The notes under the pieces are model-generated. The model saw only the letters and a list, made by a program, of their open reading frames with translations, was not told where the DNA came from and ran no database searches. This document shows, piece after piece, positions 42,704 to 53,324 of a stretch of 64,000 nt of DNA. This DNA is from Candidatus Bathyarchaeota archaeon (GTDB lineage Archaea > Thermoproteota > Bathyarchaeia > Bathyarchaeales > Bathycorpusculaceae), in assembly GCA_963827165.1 (NCBI GenBank), contig CAWGZR010000005.1:896001-960000 (forward strand). The letters run 5' to 3'. A program made the translations under genes and the position numbers. Positions within the stretch are counted from its first letter, which is position 1; the number at the start of each line of letters is the position of its first letter.

Positions 42704-44284
42704 ATGGAGAGAGGAGTTGAAGTAATCATGCCTACGATAGTGGAAATGCTTGAAAAGAATGCCCGCAAATATCCCAATGATGTGGCATTGATTGAGCTAA
42801 CACCTAGCCAAAACTGCCGCAAACAAATTACTTGGAAAGAATTTGACAATGAAGCTAATCGTATTGCGAATTATCTGCTTCAAAAAGGTATTAAAAAAGA
42901 CGACAAAGTAATCCATTGGATGCGTAATTCTATCTCCTGGCTTGTAGCCTATTTCGGCATCATTAAAACCGGTGCCTGGGCAGTCCCTCTAAACTATCGT
43001 TTCAACGCAAAGGATTTCAAATACTGCTCTGAAATAGCAGAAGCCAAAACGATTATCTTCGAGGATTTTTTCCTGAAAACTGTTCAGGAAGTAAAACCTC
43101 CTACCATTATAGAGTACATCTATCTGGGACCAAATCTCCCGTCAGGAATGACCAGTTACGACGATATTCTAAAAGCAACCAATGCGGCTGCTCCCGAAAT
43201 CAAGCTGAAGCCCAATGATGAATGTGGCTTATATTTTACATCAGGTACTACGGGGGACCCCAAACCGGTTCTCTTAACACACAAAAACATGACATTCACA
43301 GCTAAAGTTGAGCAAATACATCATCACCAGACTCACGACGACAATTTTATTCTTCTGCCACCTCTCTATCATACTGGTGCCAAGATGCACTGGTTCGGCA
43401 GCCTCATAACCGGAGCTAAGTGCACTATTTTAACCGAAGTTAGTCCGAAAAACGTGTTGGATGCGGTCAGTAAGGAACGGGGAACCATCGTTTGGCTGCT
43501 TGTCCCATGGGTCCACGATATTTTGGTGGCTCTTGATACAGGTGCTCTAAAGCTGAACGAATACGACTTAACCTCTTGGCGTTTAATGCACATTGGTGCT
43601 CAACCGGTTCCTCCAGCTCTTGTGCAGCATTGGCTGAATTATTTCCCCAATATGGCTTACGACAATAATTATGGCCTCAGCGAATCCACTGGACCCGGTT
43701 CAGTGCACCTGGGATTGGAAAACGAGTTCCGGGCTGGCGCTGTCGGTAAAGTAGGATGTGGTTGGCATCTTAAGATCGTAACTGAGGATGACCGTGATAT
43801 TCCACCTGGGATGATTGGGGAACTGTGCGTCAAGGGTGACGGTGTGATGCGTGAATATTACAAAAATCCTGAATTAACAGCGAAAACTGTCGTTGAGGGC
43901 TGGCTGCATACTGGTGATATGGCACGCATAGATGAAGATGGCTATGTTTATCTGGTTGACCGCAAGAAAGACCTGATTATTGTGGGCGGTGAGAATATTT
44001 ATCCCATAGAGATTGAAGACGCCATTCATAACCATCCTAAAGTATATGACGTAGCCGTGATCGGCATCCCCGATGATCGTCTGGGAGAAATAATCGGTGC
44101 AGTCATCGACGTTAAACCTGGAGAAACCTTAACTGAAAAAGAAATCATGACACTTATTGAAGGTCTACTGCCCAAGTATAAGCGACCCCGCAAGATCATT
44201 TTTGATAAAGTGCCACGCAATCCCACCGGAAAGATCGAAAAAACCAAACTACGACTCAAACACGGAAAACAAAATCAAGGTTAA
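42704..44284 (+). CDS. Class I adenylate-forming enzyme (acyl-CoA synthetase)
   Basis: FTSGTTGDPK, YGLSE, WLHTGD, DRKKDLI..GGENIYP.EIE, NPTGKI. Confidence 0.9.
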   Translation: MERGVEVIMPTIVEMLEKNARKYPNDVALIELTPSQNCRKQITWKEFDNEANRIANYLLQKGIKKDDKVIHWMRNSISWLVAYFGIIKTGAWAVPLNYRFNAKDFKYCSEIAEAKTIIFEDFFLKTVQEVKPPTIIEYIYLGPNLPSGMTSYDDILKATNAAAPEIKLKPNDECGLYFTSGTTGDPKPVLLTHKNMTFTAKVEQIHHHQTHDDNFILLPPLYHTGAKMHWFGSLITGAKCTILTEVSPKNVLDAVSKERGTIVWLLVPWVHDILVALDTGALKLNEYDLTSWRLMHIGAQPVPPALVQHWLNYFPNMAYDNNYGLSESTGPGSVHLGLENEFRAGAVGKVGCGWHLKIVTEDDRDIPPGMIGELCVKGDGVMREYYKNPELTAKTVVEGWLHTGDMARIDEDGYVYLVDRKKDLIIVGGENIYPIEIEDAIHNHPKVYDVAVIGIPDDRLGEIIGAVIDVKPGETLTEKEIMTLIEGLLPKYKRPRKIIFDKVPRNPTGKIEKTKLRLKHGKQNQG

Positions 44285-44367
44285 CTCGCGCTCATACGTG
44301 ATTTTGCCACAAACAAGCGGTTCCACAAAAAGTAGCCGCCAAAGGACCTGATGCTTGGAAGTTATTC

Positions 44368-44392
44368 TGGTGGATTGGGCGATTTGAACCCC
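44368..44392 (-). repeat. tRNA 3'-end-like fragment (T-arm + acceptor strand + CCA)
   Basis: Minus strand reads GGGGTTCAAATCGCCCAATCCACCA; no 5' tRNA half adjacent. Confidence 0.6.
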
Positions 44393-44466
44393 AACCTTTT
44401 AGGAGATCGCAATGTGCAGATTATTTATATCAGCGATAAACTTTAGCATAAGTTAGGTGTCGATTT

Positions 44467-45417
44467 TTGGGTCTTTATTCTTTCAAGAGCATACTTGATC
44501 CTCTTGCTCCTTTTGATTTCTCACAGTCACTTGCCTACTTATCCGACTTTAGCCCCCTGAAAAATGAGCAAGTTGTCAGCAACAACTCGTTTTCGAAAGC
44601 GGTTGAAATCAAAGGAAAAACAATTGCGTTTGAAGTTACCGAATTAGGAAATGTCGAAAACCCAAAACTACAATTTACTGCCTACTCAGAAACAAGATTT
44701 ACCTCTGAAATTGAACAGTTGGTCGCTGACAGGATCAGCTTCTTTCTAAGCCTTCAAGATGACCTGAGAGAATTCTATAAAATCGCTGATCAGGATGAAT
44801 GTTTTAAACCTATAATAAAACGGTTTTACGGTCATAAGCAAGTAAAGTTTTTGACCCCTTTTGAGATAACTTGCTGGGCAATTCTGGGCCAAAGAATACC
44901 TATGGCTGTGGCACACAAAATGAAAGAGCGGCTAGTTGAAAAATTCGGCGGTCACATCAACATGAACGATAATGAATACCGAACGTTTCCTGAGCCAGCA
45001 ACAATAAACGAGGCTGAGTTTTCAAAACTGCTTGAAACGATTCATATCGAGAAAAAAGCTGAATGGATTTCAGGAGCAGCAAAAGCGTTTAACCATATGG
45101 ATGAACAATGGCTAAGAACCGCACCTTACGACGACGTTTATGTTTGGTTAACAAATATCAAAGGCATCGGCGAATGGTCAGCCAACTTCATTATGATAAG
45201 GGGATTGGGAAGAATGGAAAAACTCTCAAGTCTTGGCCCCGAGATTGCAACAAGTGCCTCAAAAATCTACACTGGAAATGATGAAGTAATGCCCGATCAA
45301 GAATTATGCGAGATAGCTGACAAATATGGTCAATGGAAAGGCTACTGGGCATATTACCTTAGAATCTATGCCGAATTTCTTTACGTCTTTGAGGTCGGCA
45401 AAAAACAACTTAATTGA
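44467..45417 (+). CDS. alkA: DNA-3-methyladenine glycosylase II (AlkA, HhH-GPD)
   Basis: PFE....AILGQ, FPEP, IKGIGEWSA..I.IRGLGR, W.GY.AYYL. Confidence 0.85.
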   Translation: MGLYSFKSILDPLAPFDFSQSLAYLSDFSPLKNEQVVSNNSFSKAVEIKGKTIAFEVTELGNVENPKLQFTAYSETRFTSEIEQLVADRISFFLSLQDDLREFYKIADQDECFKPIIKRFYGHKQVKFLTPFEITCWAILGQRIPMAVAHKMKERLVEKFGGHINMNDNEYRTFPEPATINEAEFSKLLETIHIEKKAEWISGAAKAFNHMDEQWLRTAPYDDVYVWLTNIKGIGEWSANFIMIRGLGRMEKLSSLGPEIATSASKIYTGNDEVMPDQELCEIADKYGQWKGYWAYYLRIYAEFLYVFEVGKKQLN

Positions 45418-45461
45418 ATAAATGCAAACTTTTCAGAAACAATGAGTTTGATGATTCGAGA

Positions 45462-45484
45462 TGTGGACTGGTGATTTGAACACG
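45462..45484 (-). repeat. Degenerate tRNA 3'-end-like fragment
   Basis: Minus strand CGTGTTCAAATCACCAGTCCACA. Confidence 0.5.
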
Positions 45485-45879
45485 TACCTGCTGGTAATTT
45501 CACCGTATTGCCTTTTTCTTTTTTTAGCCTAGAAATTGCTTCAATCAGAATACAAATGGGCGTAAGTTATTCTTTTATCTCATTGTCTGATCCTTTCGTG
45601 GCGCAACGTACGCGACTATTTTATTTAACAGCCTGCACTAGAGCATGTTGCCTGTGAAGAAAAAACACGTTAATCGGAGAAAGGATTGGTTAGTCCTTTT
45701 GATGATGACAGTTAACAAATTCTGAGGCACACTAACTGGGGAAATTCAGAGTTACGTATGCTGTGACTGCGTTCGCAGGTTTTCGTTATCAGCCATTTTT
45801 CTTTTGTTCTTGCCCTTTATAATTGAACTCGTAAGATATAATAGACAAGACTTGCATAACGTATAAAAACACAAATCTG

Positions 45880-46399
45880 AGCGGAGGTGGAGAACTTAGG
45901 TCAAGGCAAAGGTGGCAGACGCCGAGCAAAAATCCAGGCAATCCTTCGGCCGGCGGAAGTGCTAACAACCTTAAAGTAAATCAAGATTCGCCCAAAGGAT
46001 GTAAAGCTAAAAAAGTACATTATTCGAAAAAACTCGAACACCAAGGTGCCCAATAGGGCAGCCGAAGAAACAACATAAAACGGACGTGAACCGGACAAAC
46101 CCCGACTTACCGCTGCTAAGACTGTGGTCCCAGGTTTTCATGAAATCCAGAGAGGAATGATCCCTTTCCCTATAGAGAATTCACCCAAAAATCATTTTTT
46201 TCCCGCTTGTTTTTGTAACAGGCTTAGTAGGTTTCTGCTGCCGCGGATTCGAGCACATGTGAGGTGAGTCCTCCATGGTTTTGGAGTTCAGGAACAATTT
46301 CATCGTCGACCCCTTTATTCCCGATTAAGGCCTGAAAGAGGCAACTGAGCGGCGAAAGCCAAGTGCCCCACCGTCAAAAGCGCCTTTTTTAGCGTTTTT
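45880..46399 (+). ncRNA. Candidate large structured ncRNA
   Basis: No credible ORF; successive closed domains, GAAA-capped hairpins, TATA-like boxes upstream and a hairpin/oligo-T end (see findings). Confidence 0.4.
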
Positions 46400-46470
46400 A
46401 AGCAAAATTTCAGACGCAAATCTATGTTTGACAAAAATCTTATAAATAAAACGGGTAGGATATTAGCGGC

Positions 46471-46570
46471 ATTGGGCAAGGGGTACAAACGTGTCGGCAG
46501 TGTTTTGCTTAACTCAGTCCCTTGATTGCTATTAGTCCACTCCATATCTTGTCTGTGCCTTTTGCTCAAT
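46471..46570 (+). promoter_or_regulatory. Long 5'-leader hairpin of propeller paralog 3
   Basis: 46471-46487 pairs with 46554-46570 over 17 contiguous bp including 4 G-U; lies between TATA (46440) and ATG (46604). Confidence 0.6.
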
Positions 46571-46603
46571 AGAAAAATAAAACTGAATGGAGAAAAAAGA
46601 AAA

Positions 46604-49262
46604 ATGAAATTATCAAACAAAAACCAAAAAACTCTAACAATTGCTTTGATATTCACCCTCTCAATTTCCGCAGCATTCGCAATCATGCCAAGTACCAAAG
46701 CGCGCGACATTCAAGGAACAATCGCAACTTACGCGTATCTCCAAGCTGTCCCTCAGCAAGTAGGCATAGGTCAAAACGTCTTCCTCGTAATGTGGGTCGA
46801 CAAACCTCCAACCACTGCCTTCGGACCGTTAGGCGATCGATGGGTAGGCCTTACTGTCACTATAACGCAGCCAGACGGCAAACAAGTGGTCTTGGGGCCA
46901 TACCAGTCTGATGATGCAGGCGGCTACACCGCTACTCTATACTCCGACCGAACTAGGTAACTACACTGCAGTCTTTAACTTCCCTGGAGAGACACTGACA
47001 GGTGACCAGGGAAACCCAGGCGGCATGACGTTTTCCAATACCCAGGCAATCGGCGACGTTTTTGGTCCTTCTACTAGCGCAGCTGAGACCATCATGGTTA
47101 CGCAAACTCCCGCAAGCACTCTTCCAGAGAATCCGCTTCCAACTAGTTACTGGCAGAATCCAGTCGAAGCATTCAATCACAATTGGTATGCAATAGATGG
47201 CAACTGGCTCGGATTAGGAGATGTAGAATTCGCAAACACTGGCGACTATGCAGTCACCGGGAACTATAACCCATACACAACCGCACCAACCTCTGCACAC
47301 ATACTTTGGACTTCTCCCTTAATTCCAGGTTCACCAGGCGGTCAAATGGGCGGAGAATTCGGTGCCAGCGAGCAAGGCAACTACTACTCAGGATTCCAAT
47401 ATCAACCCAAGTTTTCACCGATAATCATCAACGGAATTCTCTACTATGATGCTGTCCCTACCTACTCAAGTGGTGGAAGCTACCAAGGATGGGTTGCCAG
47501 AGACCTAAGAACAGGGCAAATTCTTTGGACAAAGAACTACATGAACTACTTCGCACCAGGCTCCTATGACCTCCTGATGTGCGGACAAGTATACGTGTAT
47601 AAGTCACCGAACACTTACGGCGGACAAAGCTACCTATGGGCAACTAGAACAACAGGCGGAATAAACTACCTTGACCTATTTCGACGCGGCAACAGGAAAC
47701 TACATACTAAGTATTAACGGCTCAGGACAGCGTCAGGATCTTTCGGCGTTACAAACATCGAAGGGGACAACGGCATCCTGTTGCAGTACTACACAAGTGT
47801 ACAACGCCACTGGGGCTCAAACACTGAATTTCTGGAACTCTAGCGTTTGCCTAATAGGCGGAGGAGTTGATTTGGGATTCTCGACGCTAACACAAAACGA
47901 AGTAGTTCCCTACTCTAAAGGAGTAGTCTGGTCAATACCACTGCCAAACAGCTATCAAGGAGTTGCTTTCCCTGCAGGAGTTAGCTGGATACTTGACGAA
48001 GTCGGACACGCGGCAATAGATCCCAGACAATAACATAGCCATCTTAGGCGCAGGCGCTGGTGAGTATTCCATGTACTCATTTGCCACAGGCTGGGTTATG
48101 CGAGCAGCCTATAACCTGAATACTGGAGCGCAACTTTGGATGAAGAACCAAACCGAAACCCCCTATTCAACAGTAATGGCCATACCAGGAGCTAACGATG
48201 GAGTCTACGTTGAGTATACCAAAGAAACGACAACATTTTCAGGTTACAGCACAACTACAGGACAGCAAGTGTGGGGTCCAACAACACCCTTCCAGAATCC
48301 TTTAGGCTACTACGACCAAACAAGTGGAGTATGCGCAGGCGGAGCTTTATACGCATGGACATTCGGTGGTTGGATCTACAAATATAACATGACCACTGGC
48401 AGCCTCATCTGGAGCTTCACTGATGGAACCGCTGGAGAAAACACACCCTACGGCGTCAATCCCTTCTGGATCATCGGCGACTACGAAGCCACACTTGCAG
48501 GCGGCATGCTCTTTGCAGAATCTGGACACTGCTACGGTCCGCCATTATTTAGCGGAGCACGGCTTTACGCAATCAACGCAACAACTGGAAAACTAGTTTG
48601 GAGCATAATCAACTTCGACACTGGTTCATGCCCAGCAGTAGTCGACGGGCAACTCTTGGCTTTCAACGCATACGACAACCAAATATACTCATACGGCGTA
48701 GGCCCCAGCAAAACAACAATTAGCGCACCTTCCGTCGGAGCAACAACATCCACTCCAGTAACCCTTACTGGAAGAGTCACCGACATCTCTTCAGGTTCGC
48801 AGCAGACAGCAGTCGCAGCAAACTTCCCCAATGGATTGCCATGTAGTCTCAGACGCTAGCATGGAACAGTTTATGGAAGCCGTTTATGAGCAAGAACCAA
48901 TGCCGAGCAACACAACTGGAGTTCCAGTTACTTTCACAGTCTTAGACAGCAATAATAACCTCCGATCAATAGGCTCGACAACCACAAACGCTCTAGGCGA
49001 CTACTCATTCACGTGGAAACCTGACATTGCAGGCAACTACACCATATACGCAACCTTTGCCGGCACACCATCATACTATGGATCATCTGCCTCCACAGGA
49101 TTCTATGCAAGCTCACCAGCAGCAACAACCGCACCAACATCAACACCTCTAACTGGCTTAGCCTCAAACAACACAGTCATGTACGGAATCGTAGCGGTAA
49201 TCATCGTGATAATCATTATCGGCGCTGCAATCATGTTGATGCTCAGCAGAAAACGACCATAA
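46604..49262 (+). CDS. PQQ-like beta-propeller surface protein (paralog 3), at least 4 frameshifts
   Basis: Five ORF pieces collinear with paralog 1; FPNGLPC, FMEAVYEQ, TM + RKRP. Confidence 0.8.
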
Positions 49263-49442
49263 ACTTAAGAAGCAAAAACAAACCAACCCTTTTTTTCTTT
49301 TTTAATGACTTAAACCAGAATTCAAACAATCAAATTTAACCTTTTTCATCCGGCTTTAGGTGCTTGATCTCTCGTTATAATTCTGTCTTTGCAAAAAAAA
49401 AACTGAACAGGAATCACCTGCTCTTAGCAATAATGTTCACGT

Positions 49443-49460
49443 GAAGGGGATTTGAAACCT
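49443..49460 (-). repeat. Degenerate tRNA T-arm-like fragment
   Basis: Minus strand AGGTTTCAAATCCCCTTC. Confidence 0.4.
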
Positions 49461-49604
49461 TGGGCTGTCCGAGTGACCCCGTGAGTCAATCCGTGTTTTC
49501 AAAAAATGTTAATACCTAATAGTGGTTACTTGATTGCATTCAACTGGTCCATCGCATTTGTGATGCACCGGTGCCTACAGAGAAACGGAGAGTTTCTTTA
49601 TGAT

Positions 49605-49736
49605 TTAACTTTTGCAGTCAACTAAATGGGCTGTGCCGTCTGGACAAAAGACTTTTTCGCCTACGCAAACACGTGTGAAACGTCGTTTGCATTCAGAGAG
49701 TTGGTTTTCGCATCCGTCACAATCACGAGATAGCAT
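49605..49736 (-). CDS. 43-aa Cys-rich microprotein
   Basis: MLSRDCDGCENQLSECKRRFTRVCVGEKVFCPDGTAHLVDCKS; GGGGTGA SD upstream. Confidence 0.6.
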   Translation of the reverse strand: MLSRDCDGCENQLSECKRRFTRVCVGEKVFCPDGTAHLVDCKS

Positions 49737-49982
49737 CCTGTCACCCCACATTAGTATGAATTCGTAAGTAATGTTATATCTGAGAGATAAAGATTGCCCT
49801 ACGCCGGATTCATTCCGGAAAAACAAAGAGCATTGACGATCTTGGAATCGATGAGCTCAAGATCCAAATGAGGCATCAAATGCAAAATTAGAATGCCATC
49901 AAGAACTCGACAATAATTGAATAGCAAACTTTAAAACGCTCATCTAAACAAAGCAAACCCAATTCGAGGAAAATCGCGAGAT

Positions 49983-50210
49983 TGTAGTATAAGTGGCTTG
50001 TGCTGACGGTAACTACAATCGGCGTCCTCTGGCTGGGATAGACGCGAGAATCGTAATCATAGGGTTACCGTAGGTTATTCACGCCCTTGTCGCCGATGCA
50101 GAGCAAGTAATCTGGATAAGCCAAGCATACATGCTGGGCACAATAACGATTCTGCTGTTGGTGGGGCACTTCGCAGACCTCTTCCGAAGCAAACGCGTCT
50201 ATTCAAGAAC
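49983..50210 (+). pseudogene. 5' fragment of a DHA2 MFS transporter
   Basis: Frame-shifting translation YKWLVLTVTTIGVL/AGIDARIVIIGLP*VIHAL..WISQAYMLG..GHFADLFRSKRVY parallels the N-terminus of the 3907 MFS; contains an in-frame stop and is truncated. Confidence 0.7.
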
Positions 50211-50620
50211 TTCTTTTTTAGAATTCTTAAACCACAGCAAGCATGAGTGGACTGAACCGAAACGTGCCAAGCCTCGACACGCAATATCTCAGCACTTATG
50301 CGCTCGTTTAAGCGCCAATACAATAATCGTAATTGAATGTCGCTGTAGCTTCACAGTCACATAATCTTAAATATATTTTTTAGCAAGAATAATGATCGTC
50401 GGAGAGCAAGTTAAGGATTAAAAAATTCCGCCGCTATCATAATAAGTCTATCATTCTTCTGGGCATTGCAAAGTTAAGAGAACATGGAAATAATGATCGA
50501 TTTGAAGCGTGATTCAGCGAATCCGTGTGACTCAAATCAGCACATTTTAGTTCTACAGCTTTTCCTTGCCTTCAAACGAATCAAATAAGCTAATTCAAAA
50601 AGAAATATTAGGAAAAAACC

Positions 50621-51961
50621 ATGAAGAAACTACAAATTCTAATAACTGTATTATTAATTTCGCTATTAATCTGCGCCTTCTCGAGTTGTGTTTTGAAGGG
50701 TCCAGTTACGGTAACTGGTGCGGGTGCGCCAGCGGCGACTTCAACTCCAAGTCCCTCGTCGTCTCCAACTCCAACGCCATCTCCTACTCCCTCTGCTACT
50801 CCTATTCCCTCTGCTACTCCTTCTCCCTCTTCTACTCCTACGGCTAGCCCTAAGCCATCCTCAACGCCAACTCCAACTCCCTCGCCGTCCCCGACTCCTT
50901 CACCATCTCCTACCCCTACGTCTACTCCTAAGCCAACTCCAACACCATCATCATCTCCAACCCCTTCGCCCTCTCCCATTCCTACGTCTACTCCTAAGCC
51001 GACTCCATCCCCCTCTCCAACTCCTTCTCTCTCTCCTACTCCTACAGCTAGTCCTAAGCCATCTTCAACTCCAACTCCATCTCCTACTCCTTCACCATCT
51101 CCCTCTCCAACTCCCTCGGCTACTCCTAAGCCGACTCCATCTCCCTCTCCAACTCCTTCTCCATCTCCTACGGCTAGTCCTAAGCCATCTCCAACGCCAA
51201 CTCCGACTCCCTCGCCGTCTCCCACTCCCTCCGCTAGTCCTAAGCCAACCCCAACATCAACTACAACTCCAACCCCACCAACGCCAACACCAACAGCAAG
51301 CTCTAACCCAACACAAACGCCAGCACCAACACCATCCCCATCTCCAATTTCAACGCCGTCTCCTACCCCCTCTGTTACTCCTTCTCCCTCTCCGACTCCT
51401 TCGCCGTCTCCTACTCCTACGGCTAGTCCTAAGCCATCATCAACGCCAACTCCAACTCCTTCTCCATCTCCGACTCCTTCGGCAACAATTGTACCAGTGA
51501 CGATAGTAGGAGGTGCTACCATTGAGGTCGCCGTCAGTGGGAATATAACCAGTCCACAAATATCTCATGCCACCATCACCTCAAACCAACCCACCAAAAC
51601 AACTACAATGGCTTTCACAATAACAGGACCAGACGGAACAGCAGGCCTCGGCAATATTACCATTCCAAAAACCGACATTTCTTATGGGATAAACCCAGTC
51701 GTATACATAAACGGTCGGCAGGCTCTAAACCAGGGTTATACGCAAGACGTCAATAACTTCTACATATGGTATACAACTTTCTTTGACACAAATCTCGTAA
51801 ATGGAGTTTCTCAAGTGACAGTGCAATTCTTTTTGCCCTCACCGTTGGCATCTAGCTCAATGGGACCTGCACTTGCCATGGGCATAGTTGTCCCCGAAAT
51901 CATTCTAATCTTCGCGGTTATAGCGGTAACGCGTTTTAGACGAAAACCTGAAGAATTATAA
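50621..51961 (+). CDS. Mucin-like Pro/Ser/Thr-rich membrane-anchored surface protein
   Basis: Signal peptide, ~250 aa PST repeats, ~120 aa beta domain, C-terminal TM + RRKP. Confidence 0.8.
   Translation: MKKLQILITVLLISLLICAFSSCVLKGPVTVTGAGAPAATSTPSPSSSPTPTPSPTPSATPIPSATPSPSSTPTASPKPSSTPTPTPSPSPTPSPSPTPTSTPKPTPTPSSSPTPSPSPIPTSTPKPTPSPSPTPSLSPTPTASPKPSSTPTPSPTPSPSPSPTPSATPKPTPSPSPTPSPSPTASPKPSPTPTPTPSPSPTPSASPKPTPTSTTTPTPPTPTPTASSNPTQTPAPTPSPSPISTPSPTPSVTPSPSPTPSPSPTPTASPKPSSTPTPTPSPSPTPSATIVPVTIVGGATIEVAVSGNITSPQISHATITSNQPTKTTTMAFTITGPDGTAGLGNITIPKTDISYGINPVVYINGRQALNQGYTQDVNNFYIWYTTFFDTNLVNGVSQVTVQFFLPSPLASSSMGPALAMGIVVPEIILIFAVIAVTRFRRKPEEL
50737..51486 (+). repeat. Tandem PST-coding repeats ([21 protein letters not shown]-like units)
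   Basis: Recurring cctacggctagtcctaagcc / actcctaagcc units. Confidence 0.85.
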
Positions 51962-52213
51962 TCACGCTGCCTTTCGTCGATATTGTTTAATTTGTAAGAG
52001 AATCGGCGTTAATCCGTCGAATTGATTTTGCGAATCTTTGGTTGGGCAAAGGGCACTTCTTTTGGAAGTTCAAGTTGGAACCGTCTACGGAAAAGGGGGC
52101 CCAGAATGGGTCTGCTGCAGAATTAACCCCAGCATTCCCGAGATGTTTAGACTACTTTGGCTGACAGCAAAAACTGAAGAATTGAGGAAACATAGCAACG
52201 AGTTTAGACTGCC

Positions 52214-52413
52214 TTGTTGACTGGGGGGATTTGAACCCCGAGAAAATGGAGATATTACCCGCAAAACCCCTTTTTCCCTTTTGGTCTTCTAAAATCATGG
52301 AAAAATGACGAGATGGAAGGAATGGGCGCTGATAGGGCTCTGGTTAAATTCAATACAACTGCAATTAAAGAGCTTCCGTTTTCTTCTTTAGTTTCTAGAA
52401 CCTCAGCAAACCG
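52214..52413 (-). repeat. ~200 bp dispersed repeat: tRNA 3'-end head + body + inverted-repeat module
   Basis: Minus strand CGGGGTTCAAATCCCCCCAGTCAACAA; collinear similarity to 63412-63630. Confidence 0.75.
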
Positions 52414-52833
52414 ACAAATCTACTGTTTTGTTTTTGACTGATTGCTTTTCAGATTCAAGAATTATCCCAATATCACTGTTTTTTCTATGATGAAGCGATG
52501 GTGCTTGAAAATCGCTAAAGCTCACGTATATCGCTGCGTATTAAGAACATTTAAAAGGCAAAAATAAACCTAAACGGGATAAGGACAAGTGAGTGGTTTG
52601 GCTTCTTTTAATCTCCCTTCTCCCCCATCCAAACCACTTTCTTGCTCCATTTACTATATCCCGCTGCAGATTTAAGATTTATCATCCATGAAAAAAAGGC
52701 CAAATTTTCTTGCTTCAGGATGGAAATGGAAGTTACGTGGCCTTTTCGATCTGCTTTTTGTCTCGAAAAGGTTCATATGGTAAGAAAGCAGTTAAAAAAG
52801 CAATGACCATTGATAATGCTGATGCAAGCCCAA

Positions 52834-52989
52834 TTATGCTTTAAATGCTTGACAATAGCAACCCTTGATTTGACAACTTCCATTCTTGCTATGCCCCTTA
52901 TACCTATGACCGCAATTTGAACATTTGTCAAAAGGTCGCCCATCATCACTATTGTTCAAAACAAGATAATCTAACATAGCGTTTGCCAT
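52834..52989 (-). CDS. 51-aa Cys/His zinc-finger microprotein (absent from ORF track)
   Basis: MANAMLDYLVLNNSDDGRPFDKCSNCGHRYKGHSKNGSCQIKGCYCQAFKA. Confidence 0.65.
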   Translation of the reverse strand: MANAMLDYLVLNNSDDGRPFDKCSNCGHRYKGHSKNGSCQIKGCYCQAFKA

Positions 52990-53324
52990 CTATAATTCCC
53001 TTATTATTCCAAGTTCTATAATCTATTTCATTTTGTGGATTTAAAAGGTTTAAGCCAAGTAGATAACAAGAAGCATTGGCTAAGGACTAACTCTTTTAGA
53101 AATTGCTCAAGAGTTTATGTTTCAGTGAGTGAAGATTTGACATAATCCACTTTAGAAATATGCCTTTTATGTCGTGGAATCAACTTTCTTATTTGAGGAG
53201 AAAGGAGAGCTTCTCAGAAAGGAGAAAGGGGAAATTCCCCATCATTACTTTTAGCAATTAGAAGTCTTTAGACTATCATAAGAAGGTGAAGCTAGACAAA
53301 ACCTTTGCTTGTCAGCTGCTTTCT

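Noticed and set aside
45880-46399. RNase P, SRP, group I/II intron, cobalamin riboswitch or hammerhead identity
   Set aside because: Only partial look-alikes (gaggtgagtcc, aatagggca, ctgaaaga..gaaa); the required conserved cores are not found.
13887-49262. Many split genes suggesting programmed frameshifting, phase variation or recoding
   Set aside because: The breaks I examined are single-base indels, several in short homopolymers, with no shared slippery motif and no in-frame stop to read through. Assembly error is the simplest explanation; read mapping would decide.
50737-51486. CRISPR-like periodic repeats
   Set aside because: In-frame coding repeats with no unique spacers and no cas genes.
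50608-51522. Long Gly/Val-rich and Leu-rich ORFs overlapping the PST gene
   Set aside because: Shadow frames of a low-complexity repeat.
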